A stretch of 64,000 nt of DNA from Trypanosoma brucei (GCA_000002445.1 CM000207.1:2176001-2240000); one strand, 5' to 3'. Positions 10,001 to 21,121 are shown, counted from the first letter of the stretch. Notes: a model not told the origin generated them from the sequence alone. Numbers and translations are program-made.

Positions 10001-12175
10001 CTCCTTTGAAACGGCCTCATAGGTGTCATGGGGAAAGCGCACCTCCACCCGACATCCGTTGACGCACACCGTAAAACCTGCGGGATGCTGCGTGAAGACA
10101 ACATGGGACCATGTATCAGCCTGAAATGAGACACCAGGTACCTTAACGTTCGTTACCTCTTCGAAAATACGGAACCGAACCACTAAACCACACAACCGGC
10201 CGTTGGCCACGATTACCAGGGTCACTGACACGCCACATTGCGCATATTCACAGCAAAATAGGGGGCTCCCCTCACGCCACACGCACTTCGGGTGCAACCA
10301 CGAGACACAAGTGTAGGTTGAAAAGAGGCTGCCAAAACGGTCCCAATCAAGACTGCACCTTATGCAACTGGCGCCAGAAAAGTACAGCGCACCCCGAGGA
10401 AACGAAGTGCAGCCGAGTACGTGCAGAAACGACTCTACGATGTTAACATCAGCCGCTAACACGCGTTGCGAACACATTTTCCCCACCCCATCCATGAGCC
10501 TCTTCATCACTCTCTCATTTGCATGGAGTGATGTGAGTAGGTTCAGCAGAGCTACAGAGGCTTCAATTGACCGAGCACTCAACGGATGGATCGTGCACGA
10601 CAAGACACTCGGAGACTCCGCACAGGAAAAAACACTCTCCTCATTGCTTGCAATGCATGCCAAGAGAGCGTCAATAACGGGGCCCTCTGCAAGCACCTTG
10701 GCGTTCTGGGGTGCGGCCGTGCAGAGCAACGCAAGTGTGAAAATCACATATCGATAGATGCAATCTGTAATATCTCCTCCTGAGTTCACACAAAGTAGGG
10801 CTTCGGCAACGAGTGAACAGCCATCCCCTGTGAGTACGCAGTCAAACAGCAACGAAGCCAACTGCCAAACACCCGATGACTCGCCCGTCATCAGCGTCTC
10901 CCAAAATGAGGGAAACGATTCAACAGCCCTGCCGGTGGGTCTAACAACCGCCAAATAACTCATGGAAGGAGCCAGAGATGAAAACGTCGCAGCCAGTGAG
11001 GAAGTCTTTGGGTATATCACACTGTCGGCAATGGTACCGTGACATTTAAGGCTTCCAAAGAAAGTCTCCCTGCTGCGGGAGAAACTGTTGGTTGCTGCGA
11101 CCTCGACTAGAACGTCCACGAGCACAAAAACCCACGTTTCCTCACTTCCAATGATAGGACCGGCGGAGCCTCCTGGGTTACTCGTTGGCATTTCCATCTC
11201 AAGACGAAGGTTGTGCAGACTCGATGCTGTTCTGACCCACGCCGCCATGAATTTCTCACGATGTCGACTGCGACACATCGCCTTGCTCTCCGCGCAGCTG
11301 CGTAGTACAACCTTCAGCAGATCGAAATAAGCCAGGCATCCCGTTAACCGTATCCCACGAATATCCTGTTCCCCAGTGGCATCTCCAGCGAGAGCTGAAC
11401 ATGTGCAAATAAGGTCGGACAGGAAGGCATCTCCGTCGCGTTGAAAGAGGGAGACCTCTTCTTGCCTCGCGCCGTATTCACCGCGGGAAATGGCAGCAGC
11501 GAGAACTGAAACCAAATGCACTTGCTGGGGCACAACCGAAAATACTCTTCCTTCCTCACTACACTTCAGCAGAAGCGAACGGGAAGCGGAAACGCCTTCC
11601 CCCAATAGTGCCGCGTTGTATCCCATAACGTCCGCCAACGCTGTGGAGAAGGCCTGCCGCATCTTCTTGCTCAATGGAACGTGAACAAAGAACTTCATCA
11701 TATGCGTTACGATGCCACGCTGAGAAAACACCTTCGCGGCACCTTCACCAATCCTCTGAAGAAGCTCTGACAGCAGTCTGGCGCATCCTATCAATGCCGA
11801 CTCACCAACATCCCTCTGCTTGTCGCCACGTGTACCAGGAGCAGATGGGGTTGACAAAATGTAAGGCGCGTCACCTTGGCGGTGTGCAGGGTGAGAACCG
11901 TTTCCACCATATTCTGCATGCTCAGCGGTCGTTCCACTACAACAGTTAAGCTGCGAAACAAGTTCTTCACTGAAACTTGTCACCCACAAGTCAACCGTAC
12001 GCAGGTCTATGGACGCTTGCCTCCGAAAACAGTCCTCAAGCGTTTCTAAGGTCGAAAAAAGTATTTTTTGTTGAGATTGCGCCCCAAGCTGAGGAAATGA
12101 CATGGCTCGCCGCACTCCGCTGACGGCCTGCCGTGCTAAAAAGAGCAGATCCTCTTTGCTCAGTGACCTCATCAT
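7049..12175 (-). CDS. Large conserved hypothetical protein (1708 aa) with helical repeat-like regions. An internal segment resembles a ConA/LamG-like beta-sandwich.
   Basis: 5.1-kb uninterrupted ORF on the same strand as its neighbours. The internal stretch ...VTLVIVANGRLCGLVV...VFTQHPAGFTVCVNG... is beta-rich, the rest is helical. Confidence 0.55.
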   Translation of the reverse strand: MMRSLSKEDLLFLARQAVSGVRRAMSFPQLGAQSQQKILFSTLETLEDCFRRQASIDLRTVDLWVTSFSEELVSQLNCCSGTTAEHAEYGGNGSHPAHRQGDAPYILSTPSAPGTRGDKQRDVGESALIGCARLLSELLQRIGEGAAKVFSQRGIVTHMMKFFVHVPLSKKMRQAFSTALADVMGYNAALLGEGVSASRSLLLKCSEEGRVFSVVPQQVHLVSVLAAAISRGEYGARQEEVSLFQRDGDAFLSDLICTCSALAGDATGEQDIRGIRLTGCLAYFDLLKVVLRSCAESKAMCRSRHREKFMAAWVRTASSLHNLRLEMEMPTSNPGGSAGPIIGSEETWVFVLVDVLVEVAATNSFSRSRETFFGSLKCHGTIADSVIYPKTSSLAATFSSLAPSMSYLAVVRPTGRAVESFPSFWETLMTGESSGVWQLASLLFDCVLTGDGCSLVAEALLCVNSGGDITDCIYRYVIFTLALLCTAAPQNAKVLAEGPVIDALLACIASNEESVFSCAESPSVLSCTIHPLSARSIEASVALLNLLTSLHANERVMKRLMDGVGKMCSQRVLAADVNIVESFLHVLGCTSFPRGALYFSGASCIRCSLDWDRFGSLFSTYTCVSWLHPKCVWREGSPLFCCEYAQCGVSVTLVIVANGRLCGLVVRFRIFEEVTNVKVPGVSFQADTWSHVVFTQHPAGFTVCVNGCRVEVRFPHDTYEAVSKEKVVKISLGGVLGVPSFFGFAASMELLDRALTMEEVMKLYDLGPKSLSEAAASCYLPLNVLCGVSFGEDVPIIKVVDEIRQRPQNLSVSNLTTFLPPNMGEIFAHHDVAGWAVRTVAGAGAAAESFPVVARLCVRFLCTTMKLSTIDGGIDRIIDGGVIERLRGALLSWRHMPVDVPALLISCTIPRGGKIMRNHDTTQSILSLMLDLVDRGGLGPHDASCLLRELSDTLLFPENVAIFRLVPGRFERLLNMSVSLPLECVGNLIVLVERLCKEPREIEQVLKFLLIEAVSKTHERVKAVVLHMLFDIARTDTTVCDLIESAFDNTGASFLILLAGGKSHGSEVIRVLALRILSLILHSREDSHKKFINSRGYEVLAAVMAGPEAACVPIGMATFNCLFQMAFGAFLPAASGGLERARQIRTASLGSRRDNLPHEVAGVSTTEKRLHVVGSQGYLPCLIHQPLRMARREYGFGSFCEGSGGDCSQYQLCEVHELSRVRAYSEGVLREPQVIYPLLRLLECLLQNMNNHMEESCEDILDAAVVTGEFTFAVSGQGNVQRGSSFTGIPSSSSVCGERESPAVVALRVLTYIEKIVGCPKSSEMLLTFPWLTLLWDSIQHVMASPTSRSSYTGEGLLASQRPRIFAGIEKRIRRAATRLAIRDLGCNSSAGVVRDIVRGRHPTIFRRIILEDIASHFALNHHGFSNRAEAMNIVQNLDLLFRSIEDILSPPPVPLVLSIVNCINAIAVRNDSWVRMRMREYSRLFETRDHLSYMLLTTTEAFGKLKPVALRQVLEANENRPRTIRILLFHLGNAVTRGDTVEVGVLLLMIWHLNKVDKSNIHALHSIVGEEYARFVDNVCLRMDTTLSRAPVVAEGASAYPCVMREATTNVYSDDAAMALVREVSASVVEWHREDSDRWKVVQQRLVAAPECVGSGSVGSEEDAFGCSSDMTGVNCAVQSSSNWKIEILGHLERIKREVNTRVTESC

Positions 12176-12757
12176 CCGTCAATAGAAAAAGGGAGGGAAA
12201 GAAAGTGACGGTAAGACGCAAGCCACGGGGCGAAGAGGGACCACACTTTCCCCTTTGGGTGTACCTGGTCCTCCCCTTCACTCTCGCTATTAATATATAT
12301 ATAAAGATACCCGCCACTGGAGTGTTCCTTCCCTAGCCCTTCAACCTACTTAACAGGGCACTTTCTAAACCCTTCTCAAGCAAAGAATGTGTTCACAAGA
12401 ATTCAAGCAAAGGGAGTGTAAAGACAAAAAGGAGGGGTTAAGTAACTCTAGCAGGCACATTTTCGGAGGAGACAGAGTAGAGCGGATGTCAAAGATTTTT
12501 TAAAAAGAAAAAAGAAGACAAAAAACAACAATGGCAGCAATGGATGCGTTCAGTACTTTATGTGCCTATCTAGCAATGTGAAAAGGATCAAGGAAAGGGC
12601 TCTAAAATAGTCTAGTGAGTCTCCTAGCGATCTGTCTTTTCTCACTCTTCCTTATCATTCTTCATAATCAGCCCCCATCCATGTCCAGAGGGGCATGGTC
12701 GAAATAATGGCATGGCAGAAAAAACGTGGGATCTATAAAAAATATCGCTCTACCGAA

Positions 12758-14164
12758 CTAAAACATTGCACAGCATGGCGATGACTTGGGACGCCTCTGA
12801 TTAGGCAGTGATGCACACACCATATCAGATCCAGTATACGTTCCCACTGAGCGGCCACTGCCGCGACAAGCTGCACCGTCTTGAGAAGGCATGTTCTCAC
12901 CAGAATGCCGCGCGTTGCTCCGCTGACTGACAACACGGGAGTTCTCAGTGGTCACATCCCTCATCTCCTCTAGGGAGGGAATGGACAGTACCCTCCAACC
13001 GGTATGCGTCTCATTGGTGCGGCCGGTGAAGCCGCTGGATCCCGGGGGCCACTCCTGCGTCCCCTCGGGGCCCCTCGTACTCTCCCTTGCAACTGGAAAT
13101 GCCGAAAAGGCAGCCGTTGTAGAATGCGGGTCCAAGTGCAATGCTCCGACCGGCATTTCAGCGGAACCCTGCTGATATGCATTAGGAGCATAGGGTGATT
13201 CCATTGCGTCCTCCATCGGTGGTGGGGAATAACCCGGATTTGTCGACACAACTTGAGACGGGGGGGATTCGAAATGTGCGACACTTGTTGCTCTTGTGAC
13301 GGCACCGCTCAGACAAGGAGAGGGAGCAGTCGTTTTGGGAGGCGCAATGCCTCGGGACGTCCGCTCCTGACTGCTAACAAGTCCCTCGAGCACACCTGGA
13401 AGGGGTGAAGGCTCCCGCTTCCTCCCCTCAGCAAGTGGTTGACGGGCCTCGCTGACAGCAGAAGTACTGGGACTCCGCGGAGCGGTGGCGTGCGGTGGGG
13501 CCCCTCTTGCCCTCGAACTGTCACCACTCATCTTAGATTCCGCCACAACCGTTTTTCTGCCCTTGTCGGTTGCACCTGATGAACGAGAATGAGGTGGGAA
13601 GTCCTGTCCACTGATCCTCGATGACTCCATAAACCTGGACCTGCCGCTCGACCGCTTGGACGAGACGACTGGATCCACAGGCTCCCCGTCGACGGCCAGG
13701 CACTTCATCAGTAGTTCCTCCAAGTCACGCAGCTTAACGATGTTAGTACCGTGAGGATCCAAAAAGTCTATGATAGCCTCTGCTTCACAAGATGTTAATT
13801 CTGACGCAGCCGAGGTCGCGAGGATTATGCGGAATTCAGTTCGGCTTAGTTCCCCATTGCCCCGAACATCAAAGGCATCCCTGTAGCACTTTATGGTGGC
13901 GTCATCAAGCGCCCTCGTCCCCTCGAGCATAGCACACATCTGAAGAAATAACGGATATGTCACGCGGCCACACCACCCAGTGGTAACGGAAACGACCTGT
14001 TGCAAGTAGTGAGCAGTGGGATAGTAACCCATCTCGTGTGCTGCTGCCATAACAAAGCACGGTGGAATGAAAGCATCGCCATCAGGTGCGACAATATGAA
14101 AGGTGTTGAAAACGTCCCCAGCCATTGCCTTAATCACACCTGATCCCCTCGCTGAGGCGGTCAT
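12758..14164 (-). CDS. EF-hand calcium-binding domain protein with a long S/P/R-rich disordered C-terminal tail
   Basis: EF-hand loops DAFDVRGNGELSRTEF and DFLDPHGTNIVKLRDLEEL. Start placed at the internal MTASARG. The upstream part of the raw ORF crosses a (TA)n/purine-rich UTR-like tract. Confidence 0.5.
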   Translation of the reverse strand: MTASARGSGVIKAMAGDVFNTFHIVAPDGDAFIPPCFVMAAAHEMGYYPTAHYLQQVVSVTTGWCGRVTYPLFLQMCAMLEGTRALDDATIKCYRDAFDVRGNGELSRTEFRIILATSAASELTSCEAEAIIDFLDPHGTNIVKLRDLEELLMKCLAVDGEPVDPVVSSKRSSGRSRFMESSRISGQDFPPHSRSSGATDKGRKTVVAESKMSGDSSRARGAPPHATAPRSPSTSAVSEARQPLAEGRKREPSPLPGVLEGLVSSQERTSRGIAPPKTTAPSPCLSGAVTRATSVAHFESPPSQVVSTNPGYSPPPMEDAMESPYAPNAYQQGSAEMPVGALHLDPHSTTAAFSAFPVARESTRGPEGTQEWPPGSSGFTGRTNETHTGWRVLSIPSLEEMRDVTTENSRVVSQRSNARHSGENMPSQDGAACRGSGRSVGTYTGSDMVCASLPNQRRPKSSPCCAMF

Positions 14165-14410
14165 TGGGAAGAATACGTAGATATATATATATATGTCAAC
14201 TATACACAATAATAAGTGTTCAACGAGCCGAAGAAAAAAAAAGAAAAGAAAAGGGAAAGAAGCTATGCAAGAGCCTCCTGCTTCAGCGCGGCCATCCGCA
14301 TTCAAGACACTTCACCAGAGCAAAGAAATACACGGGTCAGCTGGAAAAAAAAGGATAAACAATAAGACTAATAAGAATAAACAATGTATCTATCGGGTGT
14401 CGCAACATCC

Positions 14411-16393
14411 TCATAGAAGCTCACGGTGTCTGGCAATTTGCTCGTCTCTCAACCTAATTGCCTCCTGCAGTACGCTAATCTGCTCCGTTTGTGCTCTTAG
14501 AGTGTTATCCTTCGTAGCAAGCGCCACAAGCACTCGCTCGTTAATGCTCGTCAATTCAGCATTATGCTTTTGTTCTATGCTTCGTTGCTCTAAAGCGGCT
14601 GCGTTCTTCACAGCCTGGAGCTCTATGGTGACTTTCTCCAGCTCATGCTGCATGGCACCCACTTCCTCCACGTGTTTGATCTCAAACTGACGCAGTTTTC
14701 GCTGCCACTCCGAATCTAGCACATGCATCCTTGCCTCATCCTCAGCTCGTACTTTCTCCTGTATCTCCTTCACTCGCTGATTTGTTAAGTCCGAGGTTTC
14801 GCGCAAACGTGACATTTCTTCCTCCTTCCGTCCAATTTCCTCTACAACACTCCTCAAATTGCCCTGCAGCAGCTCGACTTCCGCCCGAAGCCGTTCATTT
14901 TCGCGACCCATCTGCGCACAGCGGTCGCGGAGGACGCTGTCGGCCCCATGTGATTCCATCAGGGTCTGTAGATGTTGCTGCTCTGCGCGACGGGTAACCT
15001 CTGCAACAGCGGCATCACGCTCCGCCTCGAATTTATGCCGTAACTCTTCCTCGCGAGCGGCCAAGTACTGCACATTGTACGCCTTCGTCTCTTGCTCCCG
15101 TCGGCTGAACTCCAGCATAAGTTTCTCTTTGAGGTCAGAAACAATCTGGTTCGAGTTGGCCGTAATGTTCGCTACCTCCCGGGCTACCTCATCATGTATT
15201 TTTGCCTTTTCCGTTGCAGCGGCTTCACGTAAAGTGAACACCTCTTTTTGCAGCTGTGAAATTTCGCGCTGCATCGTATTCTTCCGGTCTTCTGCAAATA
15301 TCTCCAAATCGTCGTGCTTCTGCTTAGCGAGGCGCCGCTCCTCCTCCAACTGGCGATTCACGCGGTCCATCTCCTCCTTGAGTCGATCCCGGAACTCCTG
15401 TTGCTCTCGAGCCCGAGTTGCAGATGCCTCACGCTCCAACCGCGCCCTGGACTCTTCGAGTGTCGCCTCCTTTGCCGCAATAACCTCATCCCGCTGTCGT
15501 AGTTCGTTCTCGAACTCTTCCCGCATACGCGCCTTTTCCGCCTTGTGCCTGTTCAACAACAACACGATATCAGGCTCTAACGACTGGAGGGTGTTCTCCT
15601 TTATGCGTTTCGCCTCGGCTATCCTCCACTTCTCGCGAGCAGCCTTCTCCTGAGCTTGCCACCGGGTCTTAAGTTGCGCTATGGCGGTCGCGTTCGCAGA
15701 CTCAAGTCTGGCGATCTCCTCCTCCCGCCGAGACATCTCTTGCCGTAGTTGAGACGTAACAGACTCCACTGCCTGGGTCAACTGCGACCTTTCGCGCTGA
15801 AACTCTTGCACCACGCGTTCGTAGTTGCGCTCCGTCTCCCGTAGCTTCTTGCGGAGCCCTTCCAGCTCGTTGCGAGCCGCGGCTTCCTGGCTTCCAAGAC
15901 GCTCCGCTTCCCTCTCCCGCGCCATCTTGACTCGCTCCTTCAGTTCTTCGTTTTCAGCCCTCAGCTCATCATTGCTGAACTGTAAGGCAGATATTTTAGC
16001 CTTGATACCGTGGTAAACATCGCTGCGAACGTCGGGTCCACACCCTATTATGTGCGACGTAAGACATGAAGCCGAACCGCCAAACGGTGGTAACTGCGTA
16101 GAAGGCTGTAGTAGGGCAGCCGACGGTGCCAACGCCACACCACCATCCGAAATATTTGCTGGCATGTATACGTCACGGCACGCTGAAGGGCCAAATGATG
16201 CGGGAAACGGGGGTCTCGTAGAAACAACGTCATCTAGGTATGAAAGAATGTTCGACACCTTTGCCTCGTTAAGCTCCCTGAGGTCGGAAAAAACACTACT
16301 AGTCGCGGTTCCTCCACCCCCTGCCGTCAACCCCAACCCACCAGTTCCTGACATATGTCCAACTGGAACCCTCAATCCCTCACACACATCCAT
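14411..16393 (-). CDS. Coiled-coil protein (660 aa, E/R/K/Q/L-rich heptad repeats)
   Basis: Continuous ORF with a very long charged helical heptad region (for example ENEELKERVKMAREREAERL...). The antisense S/R-rich ORF 14859..15653 is a compositional mirror artefact. Confidence 0.5.
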   Translation of the reverse strand: MDVCEGLRVPVGHMSGTGGLGLTAGGGGTATSSVFSDLRELNEAKVSNILSYLDDVVSTRPPFPASFGPSACRDVYMPANISDGGVALAPSAALLQPSTQLPPFGGSASCLTSHIIGCGPDVRSDVYHGIKAKISALQFSNDELRAENEELKERVKMAREREAERLGSQEAAARNELEGLRKKLRETERNYERVVQEFQRERSQLTQAVESVTSQLRQEMSRREEEIARLESANATAIAQLKTRWQAQEKAAREKWRIAEAKRIKENTLQSLEPDIVLLLNRHKAEKARMREEFENELRQRDEVIAAKEATLEESRARLEREASATRAREQQEFRDRLKEEMDRVNRQLEEERRLAKQKHDDLEIFAEDRKNTMQREISQLQKEVFTLREAAATEKAKIHDEVAREVANITANSNQIVSDLKEKLMLEFSRREQETKAYNVQYLAAREEELRHKFEAERDAAVAEVTRRAEQQHLQTLMESHGADSVLRDRCAQMGRENERLRAEVELLQGNLRSVVEEIGRKEEEMSRLRETSDLTNQRVKEIQEKVRAEDEARMHVLDSEWQRKLRQFEIKHVEEVGAMQHELEKVTIELQAVKNAAALEQRSIEQKHNAELTSINERVLVALATKDNTLRAQTEQISVLQEAIRLRDEQIARHRELL

Positions 16394-16770
16394 GCCAAAC
16401 TACGCCGTCTTCCTCAAATGAAACCTACAAGGTTTGTTCAGGTGGTCGCCACCGACACCGCACAGCTGCTGCCGCTGGATTTCGTTTCCTTCCTTCCCTT
16501 TACCGTCAGGCAGATGAACCAAGGAAAGAAAATAGATCAAGTCGCGCAATGGAAAATCAGTTTAGAGAAAAATGAAGAACAACAATACCGAAATCAGTGA
16601 GTGGAAAAGCACGGGAGCAAGAGAACAATGACGAGCATTAGGTTCCGTGTAGAAAAAGCGACGCAAAAGCACGGGAAAAAAGCATATCAAAGAAACAACA
16701 ACAGCAATGACGAAAACTAAGAAAAAAAGCAAACATAAGGTTTGGTGGTGCCCAGATAAATAAGTGAAAC

Positions 16771-19137
16771 TCACGCACGGCGGGACTTCGTCATTAAGGA
16801 AACCAACGAAGAAATCTTGGAGACGTGCCGCACGGTCGGTCGCCCGTGTGGACAGTTCCACGGCTGTTCCAGCTCACCCATTCGGTCCACGACTGACCGC
16901 ATTTTCTTCTCACTAAGCATCGTTCCAACCATAATGCTAGAACGGCATGCCTTAGTTGCCATTGAGTGCCACACACATCGCATCGGTTTACTGATCGTAT
17001 TGTAATGCACTAACTGCCTAATCAGCTCTACGACGTTCTGCGGGTCCACAACCTCGTAAGGAATCACAGGCACTGATAGCACCAGCAACTTATTGGTGTC
17101 GTCACTCCGCTGCACGATGAAGCCGTGTTGCCGCAGTTCTTCAGCATGATCAACAGCCAAATCCACAGCCTGGGGCTCCATCGACACAGGTACTGGAGAA
17201 AAGAGGGGTTGTGGCCTGGCTACATAATGACTCATTAGATGTTCATAGTTGCCTTTCTCATCGGCAGCGTGCTGGTCGATCACAAAGATGTTGTCGTCCA
17301 GTGAAGTTACAATGAAGCCATGGTTGAACTGACCATGTACAACCATATTTTTGAACGACTCCTTCCCCAAATACAACGTGAGCTCCTCCTCGGTTTGTTT
17401 CTGAAGCCTCGAAAACTTTCGAACACCTCCCCCATCGGAAGGTTGGGACGGAGCCGCCCATTCTCCAAGGGAGTGAACCAGTGGCATCTCAGCCAAAACT
17501 GAAAATGGAGGAAACCTCACAGAAGAGCGAGGGGGACCGGGTCGCTGTTGATTCGTATCGTCGGTAACGTAATTCACAACTGCATCATCAGTCCCCATCA
17601 TCTCTTCCGGTCCGAGCTCCCGGGGATCTTCTTCACCCCAGCTGCTACCATCAGTGTCACCGGTATTTCCTTCTTCCGCTGAGGACTCCAACCGCTGCCT
17701 CTTCTGGGTTGGCTCAAAGGTCAAGGGATACTCCAAGACTGATTCAACAGAACCTGCAGAACGCTCCGATGGTGCACGGTTGGTGGTGCTGGTTGGGGAA
17801 GCGGTAGCATCAGGGGAGGATGTCCGTCCAATAGGCGAGCTTCCAGACAACAGTTGACTTAAGCAAACGGAGGGCTGCACCTGCGCCACCGCAGCATTGT
17901 CAATAAGGTTGTCTCCCTGCGATGTTTCCCGCCGCTGATAGATGAACTGTGCAATAGATGTAGCAGAAAGAGGCGTTTGTGTAGGCATTGTCTCCTGTGT
18001 GTTCCTGCGCTCCGGTACGTGTCTCCATCCGCCTTCGTTGCGCACGGGCAGATCTATTCCGTCAGTTGATGCCTGGAACGTTCGAAGACCGCATGTACGA
18101 ACCTCCCCAGCATGTCTCTCCTCATCCGAAATGAGAACTTTGCGTTTGTCAGGAACTAAATTCACATCGTAGGGAAGTGACTCACCAGAGCTGACATGCA
18201 GGAAGAAGGCAGGAAATGTGCGCTGCGCGGCGTTTGGCAGGGATTCGGCGTAGGCATCGTTAACCGCCTTGGCCATCATGGGGAGGTCAACAAGCCTCCC
18301 ATCCAGTGCAAACACTTGCATATCGGAGGAAAGTCTGCCGGCATTCCCCTTCGAAACATAACCCGTAATTGTCCCAAAAGTCAGTTCCCACTCCACACGC
18401 TCCATGTTGGCGATAACACGTCCACCGTACGCCTCAGCAAGGGCTCGCTGGGGGTCGCCCGTCCCCGTCAACGACACCAGAGTAACGGGGGCACTGTCAG
18501 GTCCCGCACGATGGGTCATCAACAAGCGCACGTGGGGGTGTGAAAGGGCGTACTGCTTCATCAGTAGGGTAGCGGCGAGAAGCTGCTTCTTCCTACCCCG
18601 TACGAAATCCTTGTGACGCACCGGAAGAGCCGCAAAGAGTTTGCTAACGACAACGGTTGTGCCTACGTCCCTCCGTTCACTCGTTACCTTTACAGTCGTA
18701 CGGCGGGAATTACTGTCGTACGCGATCAGTAGTGCAGTAGGTCGGGTTGATTCTGACATTGTGCATATGGACAACTCGCTAAGGTGAGCCAAAGAGTGGA
18801 GCGCTTCGCCACGAAAACCCAGTGTTTGCGCCGCCTGCGACGAAAGACCACTGTCGCCCCCCCTTCGTTTTGTTGTCGCCCTCGAGGCTAGCAGGGGCAG
18901 GGAAGCATCCTCTTTCAGTCGGCCCTCGCTGTCTAGCAGATAAGATAAGTCCATGCCACTTCCATCATCTTCCACGGTAATATTTCCAGCGCCGCTATCC
19001 TCCACACGTATTGCAACGGTACGGGCACCGGCATCTAGGCTATTCTCTACCAACTCTTTCACGACGCTGGAAAGATTCGTAATTACCTGCCCTGCACTCA
19101 ACTTGCGCGAACTTCCCTCGTCCAAAAGGGTAATCAT
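16771..19137 (-). CDS. PMS1: DNA mismatch repair protein PMS1/PMS2 homolog (MutL alpha endonuclease subunit)
   Basis: N-terminal GHKL ATPase motifs (KELVENSLDAGA, EDDGSGMD). C-terminal MutL endonuclease motif DQHAADEKGNYEHL, the DQHA(X)2E(X)4E signature of PMS-type MutL. Confidence 0.85.
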   Translation of the reverse strand: MITLLDEGSSRKLSAGQVITNLSSVVKELVENSLDAGARTVAIRVEDSGAGNITVEDDGSGMDLSYLLDSEGRLKEDASLPLLASRATTKRRGGDSGLSSQAAQTLGFRGEALHSLAHLSELSICTMSESTRPTALLIAYDSNSRRTTVKVTSERRDVGTTVVVSKLFAALPVRHKDFVRGRKKQLLAATLLMKQYALSHPHVRLLMTHRAGPDSAPVTLVSLTGTGDPQRALAEAYGGRVIANMERVEWELTFGTITGYVSKGNAGRLSSDMQVFALDGRLVDLPMMAKAVNDAYAESLPNAAQRTFPAFFLHVSSGESLPYDVNLVPDKRKVLISDEERHAGEVRTCGLRTFQASTDGIDLPVRNEGGWRHVPERRNTQETMPTQTPLSATSIAQFIYQRRETSQGDNLIDNAAVAQVQPSVCLSQLLSGSSPIGRTSSPDATASPTSTTNRAPSERSAGSVESVLEYPLTFEPTQKRQRLESSAEEGNTGDTDGSSWGEEDPRELGPEEMMGTDDAVVNYVTDDTNQQRPGPPRSSVRFPPFSVLAEMPLVHSLGEWAAPSQPSDGGGVRKFSRLQKQTEEELTLYLGKESFKNMVVHGQFNHGFIVTSLDDNIFVIDQHAADEKGNYEHLMSHYVARPQPLFSPVPVSMEPQAVDLAVDHAEELRQHGFIVQRSDDTNKLLVLSVPVIPYEVVDPQNVVELIRQLVHYNTISKPMRCVWHSMATKACRSSIMVGTMLSEKKMRSVVDRMGELEQPWNCPHGRPTVRHVSKISSLVSLMTKSRRA

Positions 19138-19568
19138 GCCCCTTGCTTACCTCTTTCTTCACAACCTTCTCCCCCCACTATGGGCGTTGCTCTATCTTCA
19201 AATTTATACGCTGTTTCAATTCCGCAAGGAGGAAATTGAAGTCTTTGGTGTCTCAGGATCATAGAAAGGTTTCTCCGACTGAGTGGCGGAAGAAATAGAA
19301 AGCTTGGAGGAAAGGAAAGAAAGATCAGGGGGAAACGAAAATAAATGTTTGATCCTCTTTCTCAAACCGAGACCAGGGTTCGGCAACAAGCGCGCAATGG
19401 TGCACGTGTGGGGGGGGGCAGCAGTGTGGCTCCACATCGAGTCGTAAAAAGAGACGTTAGCACAGAAAAATGAAGAATAAACGTCAGAAATATCACGAGG
19501 TGTTCCTAAGTGAAACAGCAGGTAAAGAAGTCGGTAAACCTCGGTGGCTCCGTAGACCCCCGTCTTCT

Positions 19569-20000
19569 TTAGTCCATCTGCTGCATGGCCTTCTCAGCAG
19601 CGGTCACCTTTCCCTTTGATTTGTCGGTCTTCGTGCTGCGGTCCTTGCGCTCGAGGATTGCCTTCCGCCTGGTGTTGAGCTTCAGTTTCGTGATTTCCAC
19701 GTTGGAGGTGTGTACACCGACGGGAACGGTGGTGCCGTTCGCCTTCTCGCAACTCACCTTGTCAATGTGAATAACCCACTTGAGGCGGTAGCATGCGGTG
19801 ACTCTGCCCTCACGGCCCTTGAACTTCCCACGCTTAACACGCACCTCGTCGTCCTTGCGCACAGGCATCGAGCGCACGTTGTACTTGGCGCGTAGCTCCT
19901 TAGAGAGTGGGGCACTCATGAGGATGCGGCGGACATGACTGGGCGCTTGGAAGTGTGCGCGACGGGCCTTTCGGCGGTTCCTGCACTTGATGCCAACCAT
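19569..20000 (-). CDS. RPL26: 60S ribosomal protein L26 (uL24)
   Basis: 143 aa. Residue-level match to eukaryotic L26: [10 protein letters not shown]...[25 protein letters not shown]...[13 protein letters not shown]... Confidence 0.92.
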   Translation of the reverse strand: MVGIKCRNRRKARRAHFQAPSHVRRILMSAPLSKELRAKYNVRSMPVRKDDEVRVKRGKFKGREGRVTACYRLKWVIHIDKVSCEKANGTTVPVGVHTSNVEITKLKLNTRRKAILERKDRSTKTDKSKGKVTAAEKAMQQMD

Positions 20001-21121
20001 AGCTCACACCTAGAAACACTTCGGTTACACAGTAGAGGGAGCCGTGAAATAATGTAAGAGGGAGTGGGAAACAGTTTGCTTCCTAGGAAATCACAGAGCA
20101 AAAACACCCACGAGTTTACACATCACAAACGCGAGTAAGGCAGTTCTATGACGTCGCAGAGAGACAACTCATCATTATGCTACAGACGGTAGGGCGGGTT
20201 TTTTGACCAGTTCAACGAGGGGAAGATGACAAAGGGCTCGCAAACGGGGAAGTGGGAGACAGGTGGCACCAGGGATCCCATCGACGTGACCGACGTGACA
20301 TGTGCCTCATGGAACAACGCCAGGAATTCCATTGGCAACCCACACATAAATGCACAGGGGTCTCTACATCCCTTCCCAGCCATCACGTAGCACACGACAG
20401 GAAGCGCCCCTCACCACGCGATAGTTAAAGGTCTCTACCACTAGGGGAGGGTCGGAGGCAAAGGGGTTTCCGACATTCTTGGGCTGTCATTGATGAGGGT
20501 TTATGACCTTCAGCCCAGATATGCCCACGAACCAACACCAACACACAGTGTCACGCAACGGTTCGGAACGAAACCATCCCTCAAACCCTTCTCCCGCAAT
20601 AGGTGTAGAAAGGTTGGCGACAACCGCATATTACAATTGCAATCTTCCCCTTCTTAGATACCCCGCACCTCCACAAAAGCAGATGTGCGGATGGACATAC
20701 ACACTGTTATGGGCAGGGAAATCACACGAACCCCCTCCCTAAATGGGAGTTCCCATGAGGCCTTGCACCAACGGCCTGCTTGTAAACAAGGGAGGTCTCA
20801 CGGGCCGTCGAAAAACAAAACGACAACAGCTATGCCCGCAAACATACGCACAAATACACACACGCAGTATATACGTATATGTGCATACTTTACAGGAGAA
20901 CGGAAAATGGATGAAGGGGAGAAAAACATTCGGAACAGCGTTCGATTGCGGCCACTGAAAGCAAAAAGAGGATGAGCAACAGAGCCGCTCCACATCCTAA
21001 GATGGTCCCTTCTTTCCCCTCCCTCTCACCCAGCCCCCCCCTCATTCCCTCCTCTTCTCCACTCCATATACCGCACTGCAACCTATTTTTTCCTTTTTTC
21101 CTTCTCTTGTGCATATCATTT

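Noticed and set aside
14859-15653. 264-aa plus-strand S/R-rich ORF
   Set aside because: Lies entirely antisense within the coiled-coil gene 14411-16393. It is a mirror-image artefact of the E/R/K codon periodicity.
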